DNA of 64,000 nucleotides from an uncultured Acidobacteriota bacterium (lineage in GTDB: Bacteria; Acidobacteriota; Terriglobia; UBA7540), in the NCBI GenBank assembly GCA_963804995.1, contig CAWDSK010000003.1:96001-160000 (forward strand), in the 5' to 3' direction. The notes below the pieces were generated by a model. It searched no databases. It was not told where the DNA came from and saw nothing but the letters and a program-made list of their open reading frames with translations. A program made the translations under genes and the position numbers. Below are positions 1 through 9,842 of the stretch, in pieces. Each line of letters starts with the position of its first letter. Position 1 is the stretch's first letter.

Positions 1-182
1 GTCCGAAGCCAAAAGGATGTGGGGAAAAGAATGGTTATCTGGCGAGCAACAGGCTTTTTACCCTTGCCCGCGGACCACCAATGGAGGGCTTGACAAACAC
101 CGTATTCGTTGTTCCATCATGGGCGTGGGATTGAGAAATATCAGCGTTCGCATTTCCATTACTTATAAAAGGGAGGCCCGCC

Positions 183-371
183 ATGGCTACATTTACGGGA
201 AAACAAGAATACACTTTCACAATCGAAGCCGAGACCGATAAGGACGCAACGGATACCCTTGAGAAGTTTCACGAGGAGGAGGATCAGATCTTGTATCGCC
301 CGCAGAGCCGCATTAAGATTAATCGCTCTAGCGAATTTGCCTTGACAAGGATTGACGAGAAGAAGCATTAG
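183..371 (+). CDS. Small hypothetical protein (62 aa)
   Basis: ATG preceded by strong RBS (AAGGGAGG, ~169-176); natural charged composition; TTGACA at ~90-95 upstream. Confidence 0.55.
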   Translation: MATFTGKQEYTFTIEAETDKDATDTLEKFHEEEDQILYRPQSRIKINRSSEFALTRIDEKKH

Positions 372-2149
372 CAAGTGCAGGTCGCACTTCCGGCTTTGAG
401 GTCAGTGGTCTTTCCTAACGAAGAAGGGTCGCGGACGCTGCCCCCAACCTAAGAGTCAGTGCCAGAGCGTGGGCAAGGGATGAAGAATCGCCAGGCGAGG
501 ACTTTGGGTGCGATTGGGGAGTAACGCCTTGCTGCTGAGTGTTGGTCACGATGACAACGCGTCCGGCGGCGCGGCTCTATCGCCGTACCTTCTTGAGGAG
601 GCGCTCGTAGGCCTCCCGATAGACGCTATTCTTGGGATCGAGTTCGAAGGCCGACCGGTACTCTTCTAACGCCCCCCGGTGGTCGGTTTTCCGCTCAAGC
701 GCAAAGCCAAGGCGGTAATGGGCTTCTGCGTCGTTGGGGTTTAGTCGTAATGCTTGGCGCTCTTCGGAGATTTCTCCGTCCCAATCGCCCTTGATCTCAA
801 GCGTTTTCCCAAGGTAAACGTGCGCCATCTCGCTTTTGGGATTGAGGCGCAGCGCCTCACGATATTCCGCGATTCCTCCCTCCCAGTCGCCCTTGACAAC
901 AAGCCCATAACCGAGGGCCACGTGCGCCCCGTCATTATTGGGGTTTAGGCGCAGGGCCTCACGGAACTCCGCCATCGCACCATCCCAGTTGCCCTTGTTC
1001 GCAAGCGCAACGCCGAGGTTGTAGTGCACATTGTCATCATCGTGGTTCAACTGCGAAAGACGTTCGTAATTCCCTTTATAGGTCGCGTTTTTGGGGTCGA
1101 GCGTGAAGGCCGCGTGATATTCCTCCAGAGCCCCCCGCCGGTCACCTTTCTTCTCCAGTGCGAACCCGAGGCCCTCGTGCACCGCGTCACTATTTGGGTT
1201 TAAGCGCAGCGCCTCGCGGAATTCCGTGATCGCTCCGTCCCAGTCGTGCCTGAGTCCGAGCGCGACGCCGAGGTTGAAGTGCGGCTGGTCATTATTAGGG
1301 TTCAAGCGGAGGGCTTCGCGTTCTTCCGCGATCGCCGCATCCCATTCGCCCTTCTTTCCGAGCGCGAGGCCGAGGTTGCTGTGCGCCAAGTCATTATTGG
1401 GGTTTAGGCGCAGCGCCTCACGCTCTTCAGCGATCTCGCCATCCCTGTCACCCTTGTTTCCGAGCGCGATACCCAGGTTGTTGTGCGCCATGTCATTATC
1501 AGGGTTTAGGCGCAGCGCTGCGCGTTCTTCAGTAATCTCTCCGTCCCAATCGCCCTTGTTTCCGAGTGTGGCACCGAGGTCGAAGTGTAACTCCGCATCC
1601 TCAGGGGCTAGGCGAAGCGCCGCGCGAAACTCGGCCTCGGCGTCAGCGTACTGTTTGCCCCTGTAGAATTCCCCCGCACGCGCGACATGTTGCCGCACTT
1701 CCGTTTGCCGCGCCTGGAGTGCGGGGTCAACATGCTCCGGCTTCGTCACCTTGGCACTTTTGAGCGCGCTGATTAGTTCGTCCTCGCCACCAGCCAAGCG
1801 GGCTTCCTGAAGGTAGTCATCCGTGGGCTCAAAATCGATTCCGCGTTCCTGGACCAGCATAGTGACTCGATGGCTCGGCACTTGGCCCGCCAGCAAGGCG
1901 AAAACCTGCACCTGGTTCAGCGGCTTCTTCGCACTCGCAGACCCGGGCGGCTTGGCTGTGCGCAGCGCCTTAAGAAATGCCTCGCTCGCGCCTGCGGCCT
2001 TGAGGGTTTGGCAAAAATCCTCAGACGGGGCGAAATCAATCCCGCGCTGCTCGATCAGCTTGGCGCCCGACTCATCGCCCAACCCGTCCCGCACCAGGCC
2101 TTCGACCTGCTCCCGCGTAAAGGGCTTCGCCGTGCTGAGGCCTGGAGTT

Positions 2150-2297
2150 GTAGCGCTGACCTTGAAAGCCTGCCCTGAGCTTGCCGAAGGGTCAGCGTGC
2201 CGTAGCGGCGGCATGCATCCCGATCCTATCGGGACGCCGCCATGGCGAGGTAAACTCGCCGCTACGTAAGCATGTGCCGACCTCAAGGTCGGCGCTA
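2150..2297. repeat. Nested cluster of GTAG-type REP-like palindromes inside the TPR gene coding region
   Basis: GTAGCGCTGACC..GGTCAGCG (2150) with inner CCTGCCCTGAGCTTGCCGAAGGG; GTAGCGGCG..CGCCGCTAC doublet 2202-2265 with inner TCCCGATCCTATCGGGA; GCCGACC-TCAA-GGTCGGCGCTA(C) ending at 2297. Confidence 0.85.
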
Positions 2298-3061
2298 GTG
2301 CGCCTGAGAGCGCACACGACCGGAGAGGTGAAAGTCCTCTCCAAGTCGACGTAACTTGTAATCAACTGCAACTGCGTCGTGGTGACACGGGGTGGGGAGC
2401 AGCAGGAGGTGAACGGCCAGTCCGTACGATAAGAAACTCGATTCGGCCGGTGAGGCGTGGCGAGCCTGCTAGCGAATGGCGAAGCCCCGAGTTCCCGTTC
2501 CCATAGGGAAGCAATCTTGGTTCGATCCGCCGACAGGTAACGTGCCTTGGCGAGACGGAGCGCACGCAGGTGGTTGGAGACGGAATGGTCGGAAGGTCGG
2601 GTGCGTGAATCAGGGAGACCTGTTCGCGTGGAGCCGAAGGGGTGGCCGCTGGGAAGAGCCCGAGCACTGCCAGGACGGCGCGAGCAGGAGTCAGAGCGTC
2701 CATAAGAGCGACGAAGGGCCGTAATGGGTCTGGAGCGAAGGGACGCAGGAAGGTGGATGAGGAACTTCGGAGGAACGGGGATACCCCCACGGCCAAGTGC
2801 CTTCGGGCTAAACCGCACGTGGGCTCGACTCGCCATCGCTGGAGCCGAGCACCTGAACCTTGGGAGTTCATCATAGTGGTGGCCCTCTGCGGAGGGCGCG
2901 GCTTCTCGCCGATCCTCCGGTGCCTTCTCCTGGGCCTCGGTTGGACCGACATCACTCCTCTTCGAGGTAAAACCACCGACTGGAGAGCCGGATGCGGGAG
3001 ATCCGCCTGTCCGGTTCGGAGGGAGGGGGGACCGAACTCAATCGGTTCTCCCTACCCCTAT
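2298..3061 (+). mobile_element. Group II intron lacking an intron-encoded protein (764 nt)
   Basis: 5' GTGCG at 2298; domain V GAGAGCCGGATGCGGGAGATCCGCCTGTCCGGTTC (~2983-3017, AGC triad); domain VI ending CCTACCCCTAT at 3061; excision restores both the REP end (GGCGCTA|C) and the host reading frame. Confidence 0.92.
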
Positions 3062-3214
3062 CGATCTTCTGCTGTGCCCACAGGGGCGGCGTCAGAATCA
3101 GGGGTAGGACGAGGAGGAGCAGGAATAGTCGGGGCCGCATGGGTGCCTCCCGAAATGAGGAATGCGGGCATTCTACCACCTAGCGCAGCGCTGCGTAGCC
3201 GCAACCCAGGCAGG

Positions 3215-3360
3215 ACTCACCGCAGAGGCGCGGAGGCACAGAGTCTTGAAATCCAAAGGCCTTTTCTCTGCGTCTCAGCGCCTCGGCGGTAAATATTATA
3301 TTTACTCGCGGCTTTTCCTCCGCTCGGTCTCCGTGACCTCTGTGGCCTCTGTGGTGAAAT
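3215..3360. repeat. Imperfect palindromic repeats (CACCGCAGAGGCGCGGAG family)
   Basis: CACCGCAGAGGCGCGGAGGCACAGAG...CTCTGCGTCTCAGCGCCTCGGCGGT inverted arms; related copy at ~8232-8312. Confidence 0.6.
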
Positions 3361-3430
3361 CCTTTGGGGTTAATGGGGGGAGGGCGAGGGGTCTTGTCGC
3401 AGGTATTTCAGATTCTCAACTGGCGGCAAT

Positions 3431-4372
3431 TTAGAAACTTCCCACGGTTTCGCGGGGCAAGAGCCTGACCCCGTTGAGAAAATCGCGTGCCGGAAGGCGC
3501 CGGCGGCCCTCCAGTTGAACTTCCTTAGCCTCGAGCCGCGTTTTCTGGCCGCAAGCCACGAACAAGTTACCGTGTGAAGCCATCAGGGTGCCGGGCTCAA
3601 GTAAACAGGGCTCGGTGGCGGTTGGCACTCCGGCTGCCCAGATGTGCAAGTTCTTGCCGCGGAACATGGTGTAGGCGCCCGGCCAAGGACGCAGACCGCG
3701 AACGCGATACCAGACCTCTTTTGCGGGAAGCGTCCAATCTATTCGCCCGTCTTCCTTCTTCAGGATGGGTGCGAACGTCGCCTGCTTGTGATCTTGCGGC
3801 TGGGCCTGGATATCGCCACGTTCCAGCCGCCGCAGCGTTTCGACCATCAAATCTGCGCCCAACCGGCTAAGCCGTTCCCCAAGCGTTTCCGTCGTGTCCT
3901 CATCCTGAATGGCCTCTTCCCTCTTCAGCAGAATGTCGCCGGTATCCAATCCCTCATCGATCCGCATATTTGTCACGCCGGTCACAGATTCTCCCCGACT
4001 CAGCGCCCACTGAATCGGCGCCGCCCCACGGTATTTGGGAAGAAGGGAGGCGTGCAGGTTGATGCATCCCAAGCGCGGGAGGTCAATCAACCATTTCGGG
4101 AGGATGTGGCCGTAGGCAATTACTACCAGTGCGTCAGGCCGAAAGCGTGAGAGGAACTCCACCGTGGCCGGATCTTTAAGTTTCGGGGGCTGGAAGACTT
4201 CCAGGCCATAACGTAAAGCCGATTGTTTGACAGGCGGAACCTTCAGCTCATACCCGCGACCGCTGGGCTCGTCGGGATTCGTCACAACGAGATCGACGGA
4301 AAATTGCTCCGTGATAAGTTTTTCCAGGGTGGGGACGGCGAACTCAGGTGTGCCGCAGAAGATTAGTTTCAT
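3431..4372 (-). CDS. fmt: Methionyl-tRNA formyltransferase
   Basis: IFCGTPEFAV, NLHASLLPKYRGAAPIQW, LDTGDI motifs; adjacent to def. Confidence 0.97.
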   Translation of the reverse strand: MKLIFCGTPEFAVPTLEKLITEQFSVDLVVTNPDEPSGRGYELKVPPVKQSALRYGLEVFQPPKLKDPATVEFLSRFRPDALVVIAYGHILPKWLIDLPRLGCINLHASLLPKYRGAAPIQWALSRGESVTGVTNMRIDEGLDTGDILLKREEAIQDEDTTETLGERLSRLGADLMVETLRRLERGDIQAQPQDHKQATFAPILKKEDGRIDWTLPAKEVWYRVRGLRPWPGAYTMFRGKNLHIWAAGVPTATEPCLLEPGTLMASHGNLFVACGQKTRLEAKEVQLEGRRRLPARDFLNGVRLLPRETVGSF

Positions 4373-4521
4373 CTGTCCGTGGTCTGTGGTCAATGGTCAG
4401 TAATCCGTCGCATTTGACCGACTTTCATTAGTTGCTAGTGGCCCCTATAGGCAATCGGGGGGAATTTCATCTTAAGCCGAAACGGCAGGCAACTGACTAC
4501 GGACAACGAACCACGGACGCC

Positions 4522-5031
4522 CTACCATTCCCCGGCTTTCATCATTTTGCGAATCTTGCGTTGGATGGACTCCCGCTTGAGGCGGCCGACGTGTTGAATG
4601 AAAAGCTTGCCGTTCAAGTGGTCCGTCTCGTGGCAAAAGGCGCGGGCCAGTAAACCCTCGCCGATGGTGGTGAAATCCTTGCCGTGGATGTCCTGCGCCC
4701 GCACCGTGACGCGAGCCGGACGTGGAGTTTTGGCGCGAAAATCCGGCAGGCTTAAGCAGCCTTCCTCCTGTGTCTGCTCACCCTCCAAGGTCACGATTAC
4801 AGGGTTGGCCAGGACCAGCTTAGCGTTTGGATCTTCACCCGAGGTCACGTCAATAACAGTCAACCGCAAAGAGAGACCTATCTGCGGCGCCGCCAGGCCG
4901 ACCCCATTCGCCGCGTACATGGTCTCAAACATGTCCGCCACTAATTTTTCCAGATTGCCATTGAAGTCGGTAATCGGGTTCCCGGGCTTCTCCAGAACGT
5001 CCCGGCCGTATTTGACAATGGGATAGATCAT
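4522..5031 (-). CDS. def: Peptide deformylase
   Basis: GVGLAAPQIG, EGCLS, HETDH motifs. Confidence 0.98.
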   Translation of the reverse strand: MIYPIVKYGRDVLEKPGNPITDFNGNLEKLVADMFETMYAANGVGLAAPQIGLSLRLTVIDVTSGEDPNAKLVLANPVIVTLEGEQTQEEGCLSLPDFRAKTPRPARVTVRAQDIHGKDFTTIGEGLLARAFCHETDHLNGKLFIQHVGRLKRESIQRKIRKMMKAGEW

Positions 5032-5045
5032 TTTCGGAATTCGAC

Positions 5046-6221
5046 TTAGAATCTCCGGACTTGTTCCAGGTATCCTTCAACATTCCGGCGGGTCTCTTCC
5101 ATGGAGTCCCCGCCAAATTTCTCAAGGAAGGCGCGGGCCAGGATCAGCGCCACCATCGACTCACCCACCACCCCCGCGGCCGGAACAACACAAACATCGG
5201 AGCGCTCGTAAGCGGCCTTCACAATCTCCTTGGTTTCAAAGTCAACGGATTCCAGCGGCCGGCGCAGGGTTGAAATGGGTTTCAAATAACCCCGCACGAT
5301 AACATCTTCGCCATTCGTAATGCCGCCTTCCAGGCCGCCCGCACGATTGGTTTTTCGCGTATAGCGCGTGTGTTCGCGGTCGTATCCGATTTCGTCGTGA
5401 ACGTTCGAACCCACCGCCGCGGCGTTCGCGATGCCGCTCCCAATTTCCACGGCCTTGACCGCCTGAATCGACATCACCGCCTGCGCCAACTGGCCGTCCA
5501 GCCGCTCATCCCACTGCGCCGAGGAGCCTAGACCCGCGGGAAGGCCGCGTACCATCACCTCGAAGGTTCCGCCCACGGTGTCGCGGGCTTCGGTCGCACG
5601 GTCCACCTCTTCCCTCATGCGAGCTTCGACGGTGGGGTCCACGCAGGAGAGCATGGGATCCTCGCGGTCCGGCAAGGCCAACACCTTCTCGAAAGGCGCA
5701 GGGGAATTCCCTATCGTCACCTGACCGAGAGATACGACGTGGCTTGCGACCTCGATCCCAAAACTTTTGAGAAAGAGTTTCGCCACGGCGCCCACGGCCA
5801 CGCGCGCCGTGGTTTCGCGCGCGCTCGCGCGCTCCAATACGTAGCGGGCTTCGCGAAAGTTGTATTTCAGGCACCCTGCCAGGTCCGCGTGACCCGGCCG
5901 CGGTGGCGAAAGCGGCTTGTACTTGGCGCGCGATTCCGGCCGGTCTTCGACCGCCATCGCTTCCTTCCAATTCTCCCAATCCCGATTGGCAATTAAAATG
6001 GCGATAGGCGATCCGATCGTCTGGCCATGCCTTACACCGGAGAGGAACTGAGCCGTGTCGGTTTCAATCTTCATGCGCCCGCCGCGCCCATAGCCACCCT
6101 GGCGGCGCCGCAGGTCGCGGTTCACATAGTCGAAGTCAAGGCGCAAGCCCGCGGGCAATCCGGAAAGGATCGCGATCAGCCCCTGCCCGTGTGACTCGCC
6201 GGTGGTTTGGAAACGCAGCAT
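5046..6221 (-). CDS. aroC: Chorismate synthase
   Basis: MLRFQTTGESHG start, PRPGHAD, ERASARETTARV, NRAGGLEGGITNG, RSDVCVVP. Confidence 0.98.
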   Translation of the reverse strand: MLRFQTTGESHGQGLIAILSGLPAGLRLDFDYVNRDLRRRQGGYGRGGRMKIETDTAQFLSGVRHGQTIGSPIAILIANRDWENWKEAMAVEDRPESRAKYKPLSPPRPGHADLAGCLKYNFREARYVLERASARETTARVAVGAVAKLFLKSFGIEVASHVVSLGQVTIGNSPAPFEKVLALPDREDPMLSCVDPTVEARMREEVDRATEARDTVGGTFEVMVRGLPAGLGSSAQWDERLDGQLAQAVMSIQAVKAVEIGSGIANAAAVGSNVHDEIGYDREHTRYTRKTNRAGGLEGGITNGEDVIVRGYLKPISTLRRPLESVDFETKEIVKAAYERSDVCVVPAAGVVGESMVALILARAFLEKFGGDSMEETRRNVEGYLEQVRRF

Positions 6222-6360
6222 AGCTCTGACTCTTGGGCACTCGTTGGGCACGCCCAAATCATGTAATTCTATCGGATTCCGCGCGAGCGGTCAAAATTTG
6301 CGAAACACCGGTAGTGGGTCAATTTGGGTTGTTGTAGCGGCGGTCTCCGACCGCCGCTAC

Positions 6361-8123
6361 CTGGACTTTGGCCTTTAACTAGATAAAGGCTGTCGGAAAG
6401 TATTTACTTGCAGAAAAGCCAGTCTTCTGATATCTAGTTATATGACTAGATATTCCTCAAGGAGGCTTTTCTCATGGGGTTCCCTACCAAAGTACAGCTT
6501 ATCAAACGCCAGGCGAGCGAGCAGTGGTACATCAACTTTCCTTCCGCCCTCGCCCAAGCCATGGAGTTTGCGCGCGGCGAATCGGTCGAATGGTTCGTCG
6601 AAAACAAAGGTCTGCTGGCCCTGCGACGAGCCTCGCCGCCGCCTTCCGTGCTAAAAAAAACTCTACCGGCGTCCTCGCCGAACTCGAACAACTCTGGAGC
6701 CAATGTTTCCCGGGCTTCCGCCAGCGCCGCGTTGCCGCGCACGCCCAAGCCCTCGCGCTGAGCACCTTGCTTTGTCTGGGACGCCATACCGTGACCGGTC
6801 TGCTCACCACTTGCGGCCTGCAGTTCCGTGACTGGACCTCCAGTTACCGGCTCTTCTCCCAGCACCGTCTGCGGGTCGAGGCGCTCTTCTCCGTGGTGCG
6901 CCGCGCGGTGGTGAGCGAACTCGCACCCGGCGCTCCCGTCTGCGCCCTCCTCGATGACTCGCTGTTGCGTCGTTCCGGTCGGCGCACTCCCGGGGTGGCT
7001 TGGCGCCGCGACCCGCTGGGCCCGCGCTTTCAAACCAACTTCGTGCGCGCCCAGCGTTTTCTTCAAACCTCCCTCGCGCTCCCCACTCCCGACGGCTCCT
7101 GCCGCTTGCTCCCCATTGCTTTCCGCCATGCCCCCACGCCCCGCAAGCCTTCCCGGCAGGCCCCCGCCGCCGAGCAGCAGCAGTACCGCACCCAAGCGCG
7201 CGCTGCCCGCCTCGGTCAACGCGCCAGCGAACAGATCCACGATCTGCGTGCGGCCCTTGACTCCGATCCCGCCTCCGCTTCGCGCCTTCTCCTCGTCGCC
7301 TTCGATGGCGGATACACCAACCGCACCGTCCTCAAACGCCTTCCTCCCCATACCACCGCCATCGGCCGGCTCCGCAAAGATGCTCAGTTGCTGTTCCGGC
7401 CCGATCCCCAAACCCAAAAGGCGCGCGGTCGCCGTCTCTGCTACGGGCCTCCCGCTCCCACTCCCGAGCAGGTCCGCACCGACGATGCTCCCTGGCAGAC
7501 CTTGACCTTTACCCATCACGGCATTCCCCATCAACTCCGCTTCAAGCGCCGCACCGGCCTCCTGTGGCGTGCCGCCGGCGCCCACCAATTCCTGCAACTT
7601 GTCGTCATCGCGCCGCTCGCCTATCGTCTGCGCCAAGGTTCCAAGCTGCTCTATCGCCAACCCGCCTTCCTCCTCTGCACCGACGAAAACCTCGACCCCC
7701 AACTCCTCATCACAACTTACTTCCAACGCTGGGACATTGAAGTTAATTTCCGCGATGAAAAAACTCTGCTGGGAGTGGGCCAAGCCCAGGTCCGCTCCCC
7801 CCATTCGGTCGAGTCTGCCCCCGCCTTCACCGTGGCCGCCTATGCCCTCTTGCTCCTCGCTACCCATCGCGCCTTCGCCCGTACCCGCCACGGCCTGCTG
7901 CCGCGCCCCAAGTGGATCCACGCTGCCCCCACTGCCCGCATCTCCACCCAACACGCCATCCATCAACTGCGCGCCGAGGTCTGGGGCCGGGGACTGGGTC
8001 TCGATCATTTCTCCGGCTTCGCGCCTCCCCAACCCTCTACAACGAAGCCCCAGAATTGTACCTTCCCCCTCGCCTCCGCCCTCTGCTACGCCAATGCTTG
8101 AACTGCAAAAGGCCAAAGGCCAG
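6361..8123 (+). mobile_element. Insertion sequence, IS4-superfamily/IS701-like DDE type (1763 bp)
   Basis: 16-bp TIRs CTGGACTTTGGCCTTT / AAAGGCCAAAGGCCAG; flanked by identical 27-bp GTAGCGGCGGTCTCCGACCGCCGCTAC at 6334-6360 and 8124-8150. Confidence 0.9.
6474..8101 (+). CDS. Transposase: short AbrB-like N-terminal ORF (6474-6761) likely joined by -1 frameshift at A8 (6653-6660) to a DDE domain
   Basis: RBS AAGGAGG before 6474; DDE motifs LLDDS, AFDGGY, YFQRWDIEVNFRDEK; second ORF is in the -1 frame and overlaps the A8 tract. Confidence 0.8.
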
Positions 8124-8210
8124 GTAGCGGCGGTCTCCGACCGCCGCTACAGCAAATTGACCCACCACCGAAACACCAGAAGTGACGCATTTCGAGGTGC
8201 CACGGGCGTC

Positions 8211-8339
8211 CGAAGGTGTGAAAAAATACCATTTTCACCGCTGAGACGCTGAGACGCAGAGAAATGACCCTTTGTTTTCAAGCCTCTGCGCCTCAGCGTC
8301 TCCGCGGTGAAAGGTTTGATGGGATTTTTTCACAGCTTC
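8211..8339. repeat. Small MITE-like element with internal palindrome
   Basis: Inverted ends GAAGGTGTGAAAAAA / TTTTTTCACAGCTTC enclosing TTTCACCGCTGAGACGCTGAG...CTCAGCGTCTCCGCGGTGAAA. Confidence 0.6.
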
Positions 8340-8481
8340 TCCCGCCCGTGTTCGATCACGGCCAAGACCCCGATGGATCGGGGCAGGTCGGCCGTGGCAC
8401 CTCAGATCAAAGAGGTTTCAGGCAAAATCTGATTTTGCGCCCCTTGCTGTAGCATCTAGAATATAATGCGGCACTCTTGAG

Positions 8482-9234
8482 GTGGCCTTGAGATATCTCC
8501 TTTTTAGCGACGTGCATTCGAATCTGGAAGCGCTTGACGCGTGTCTCGCACTCGCCCAGGGGAAATACGACCAAGCCTTGTGCTTAGGCGATCTCGTAGG
8601 GTACGGGCCAAATCCGAACGAGGTGATAGAAAAGACCCGCCCCCTGGCGAAGGTCATCATCCGCGGCAACCACGATAAGGCCTGCTGCGGGATCGATGAT
8701 GCCTCAGATTTCAACCCCTTCGCGCGCCTGGCCACCCACTGGACACGTGAGGCCCTCACCCCTGCGCATTTGGAATTCCTTCGCACGCTCCCCATGGGTC
8801 CCGTAACCATGGACAACTTCATCCTGGTGCACGGCTCGCCTATCGATGAGGACGAATACATCCTCGGACCCGGCCAGGCTCTCCCCCTGCTCAAAACCCC
8901 CCAGATCCAGACCGTCTGCTTCGGCCACACGCATTACCAGGGGGGCTTTATGGTTACGCCCGCCGGCCGTTTTCAATCTATCCGCTTTCCCTCGAAGTCG
9001 GATGGACTGACCCTGACTCTCCCACTCGATAACAGTTCGCACTACCTTATCAACCCAGGCTCAATCGGGCAGCCCCGCGACGGCGACTGGCGCGCCGGGT
9101 TTGCTATTCTTGATATGGATAAGCAGGAAGTCGAGTATTACCGTACTCCCTATGAGGTGGCCAAGACACAAGCCAAGATGCGAGAAGCCCGTCTGCCCGA
9201 ACCCCTAATCCGCCGCTTGGAGCTGGGGCGCTAG
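8482..9234 (+). CDS. Metallophosphoesterase (calcineurin-like)
   Basis: SDVHSN, LGDLVGYG, RGNHD, VHGSP, GHTH, NPGSIGQPRD motifs. Confidence 0.93.
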   Translation: MALRYLLFSDVHSNLEALDACLALAQGKYDQALCLGDLVGYGPNPNEVIEKTRPLAKVIIRGNHDKACCGIDDASDFNPFARLATHWTREALTPAHLEFLRTLPMGPVTMDNFILVHGSPIDEDEYILGPGQALPLLKTPQIQTVCFGHTHYQGGFMVTPAGRFQSIRFPSKSDGLTLTLPLDNSSHYLINPGSIGQPRDGDWRAGFAILDMDKQEVEYYRTPYEVAKTQAKMREARLPEPLIRRLELGR

Positions 9235-9356
9235 TGTGCGTGTTTGTGGGGGTAGGGCTTGCCATGTCCTGAAAACCAGATCCGCCACCAGATTCCGAGA
9301 TTCAAAAGTCGAGGCGAGTTTCGAATTTCGAGTTTCGATTTTCGCCTTTCCACGGA

Positions 9357-9842
9357 TCAGAATTCCAAATACACAGGTCTGATGGACGGCGGAGCCTGGT
9401 TCCAATCCACCGGCATATGCTCAAAGCTCAGGCGGAAGGCGCGCGTTTCGCCCGGCTGCAAGGGCGCCCCGCGACGTGTCAGGGCGTGTCCGTTCTCGCG
9501 CAAGACAACCTGGTTGAGTGTGTCCACGAAATTCAACTCCACTTCCAGGTTGCTTATGGCCTTCGTCCCCTTATTGGTGACGCTGGCATCGAGATAGGTC
9601 ACTGTATTGCCCAGAAAGTTTTCCGCCGCGCTCATGTGCAGCCCGCTGAAGTCGAGAAACGCAAAGTAGGCCTTCTGCTCAGCGCTGAGGGCCGTCTGCG
9701 GCGCCCTCACGGACGCGGGTCCGGATGAGGCGGGATGTTGCATCAGGACATAGGCGGCAACGAGGCTTGCCAGCGCCACCGCCACGCAGAGGATGATGAT
9801 TAGAGTTGAGACACCACGATCATTCCGAGGCATGAGGGTCAT
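9357..9842 (-). CDS. Membrane-anchored hypothetical protein (DUF3426/FxLYD-like Ig-fold)
   Basis: N-terminal TM helix; VTNKG...PLQPGETRAF pattern; abuts pmbA. Confidence 0.7.
   Translation of the reverse strand: MTLMPRNDRGVSTLIIILCVAVALASLVAAYVLMQHPASSGPASVRAPQTALSAEQKAYFAFLDFSGLHMSAAENFLGNTVTYLDASVTNKGTKAISNLEVELNFVDTLNQVVLRENGHALTRRGAPLQPGETRAFRLSFEHMPVDWNQAPPSIRPVYLEF

Larger units (their letters stand above)
577..3140 (-). pseudogene. Secreted TPR-repeat protein interrupted by an antisense group II intron (5' part 3140-3062, 3' part 2297-577)
   Basis: GGAGG RBS + ATG at 3140 encodes signal peptide MRPRLFLLLLVLPLILTPPLWAQQKI; removing 2298-3061 joins it in frame (G|TA=V, A, P, T, L at 2286) to the 569-aa ORF with ~10 TPR repeats (AHNNLGIAL...REALRLNP). 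Confidence 0.85.
6310..8169. mobile_element. MITE-like element (about 70 bp when empty) now carrying a REP and a nested IS
   Basis: 17-bp inverted ends GGTAGTGGGTCAATTTG (6310) / CAAATTGACCCACCACC (to 8169, 1 mismatch); flanking 8-bp direct repeat GAAACACC (6302-6309, 8170-8177). Confidence 0.75.

Noticed and set aside
2192..3292. 200+ aa ORFs across the intron as a possible intron-encoded protein
   Set aside because: No RT (YADD) or maturase motifs; they are translations of structured RNA.
6446..8116. 556-aa minus-strand ORF
   Set aside because: Antisense shadow of the DDE transposase; no motifs, biased composition.
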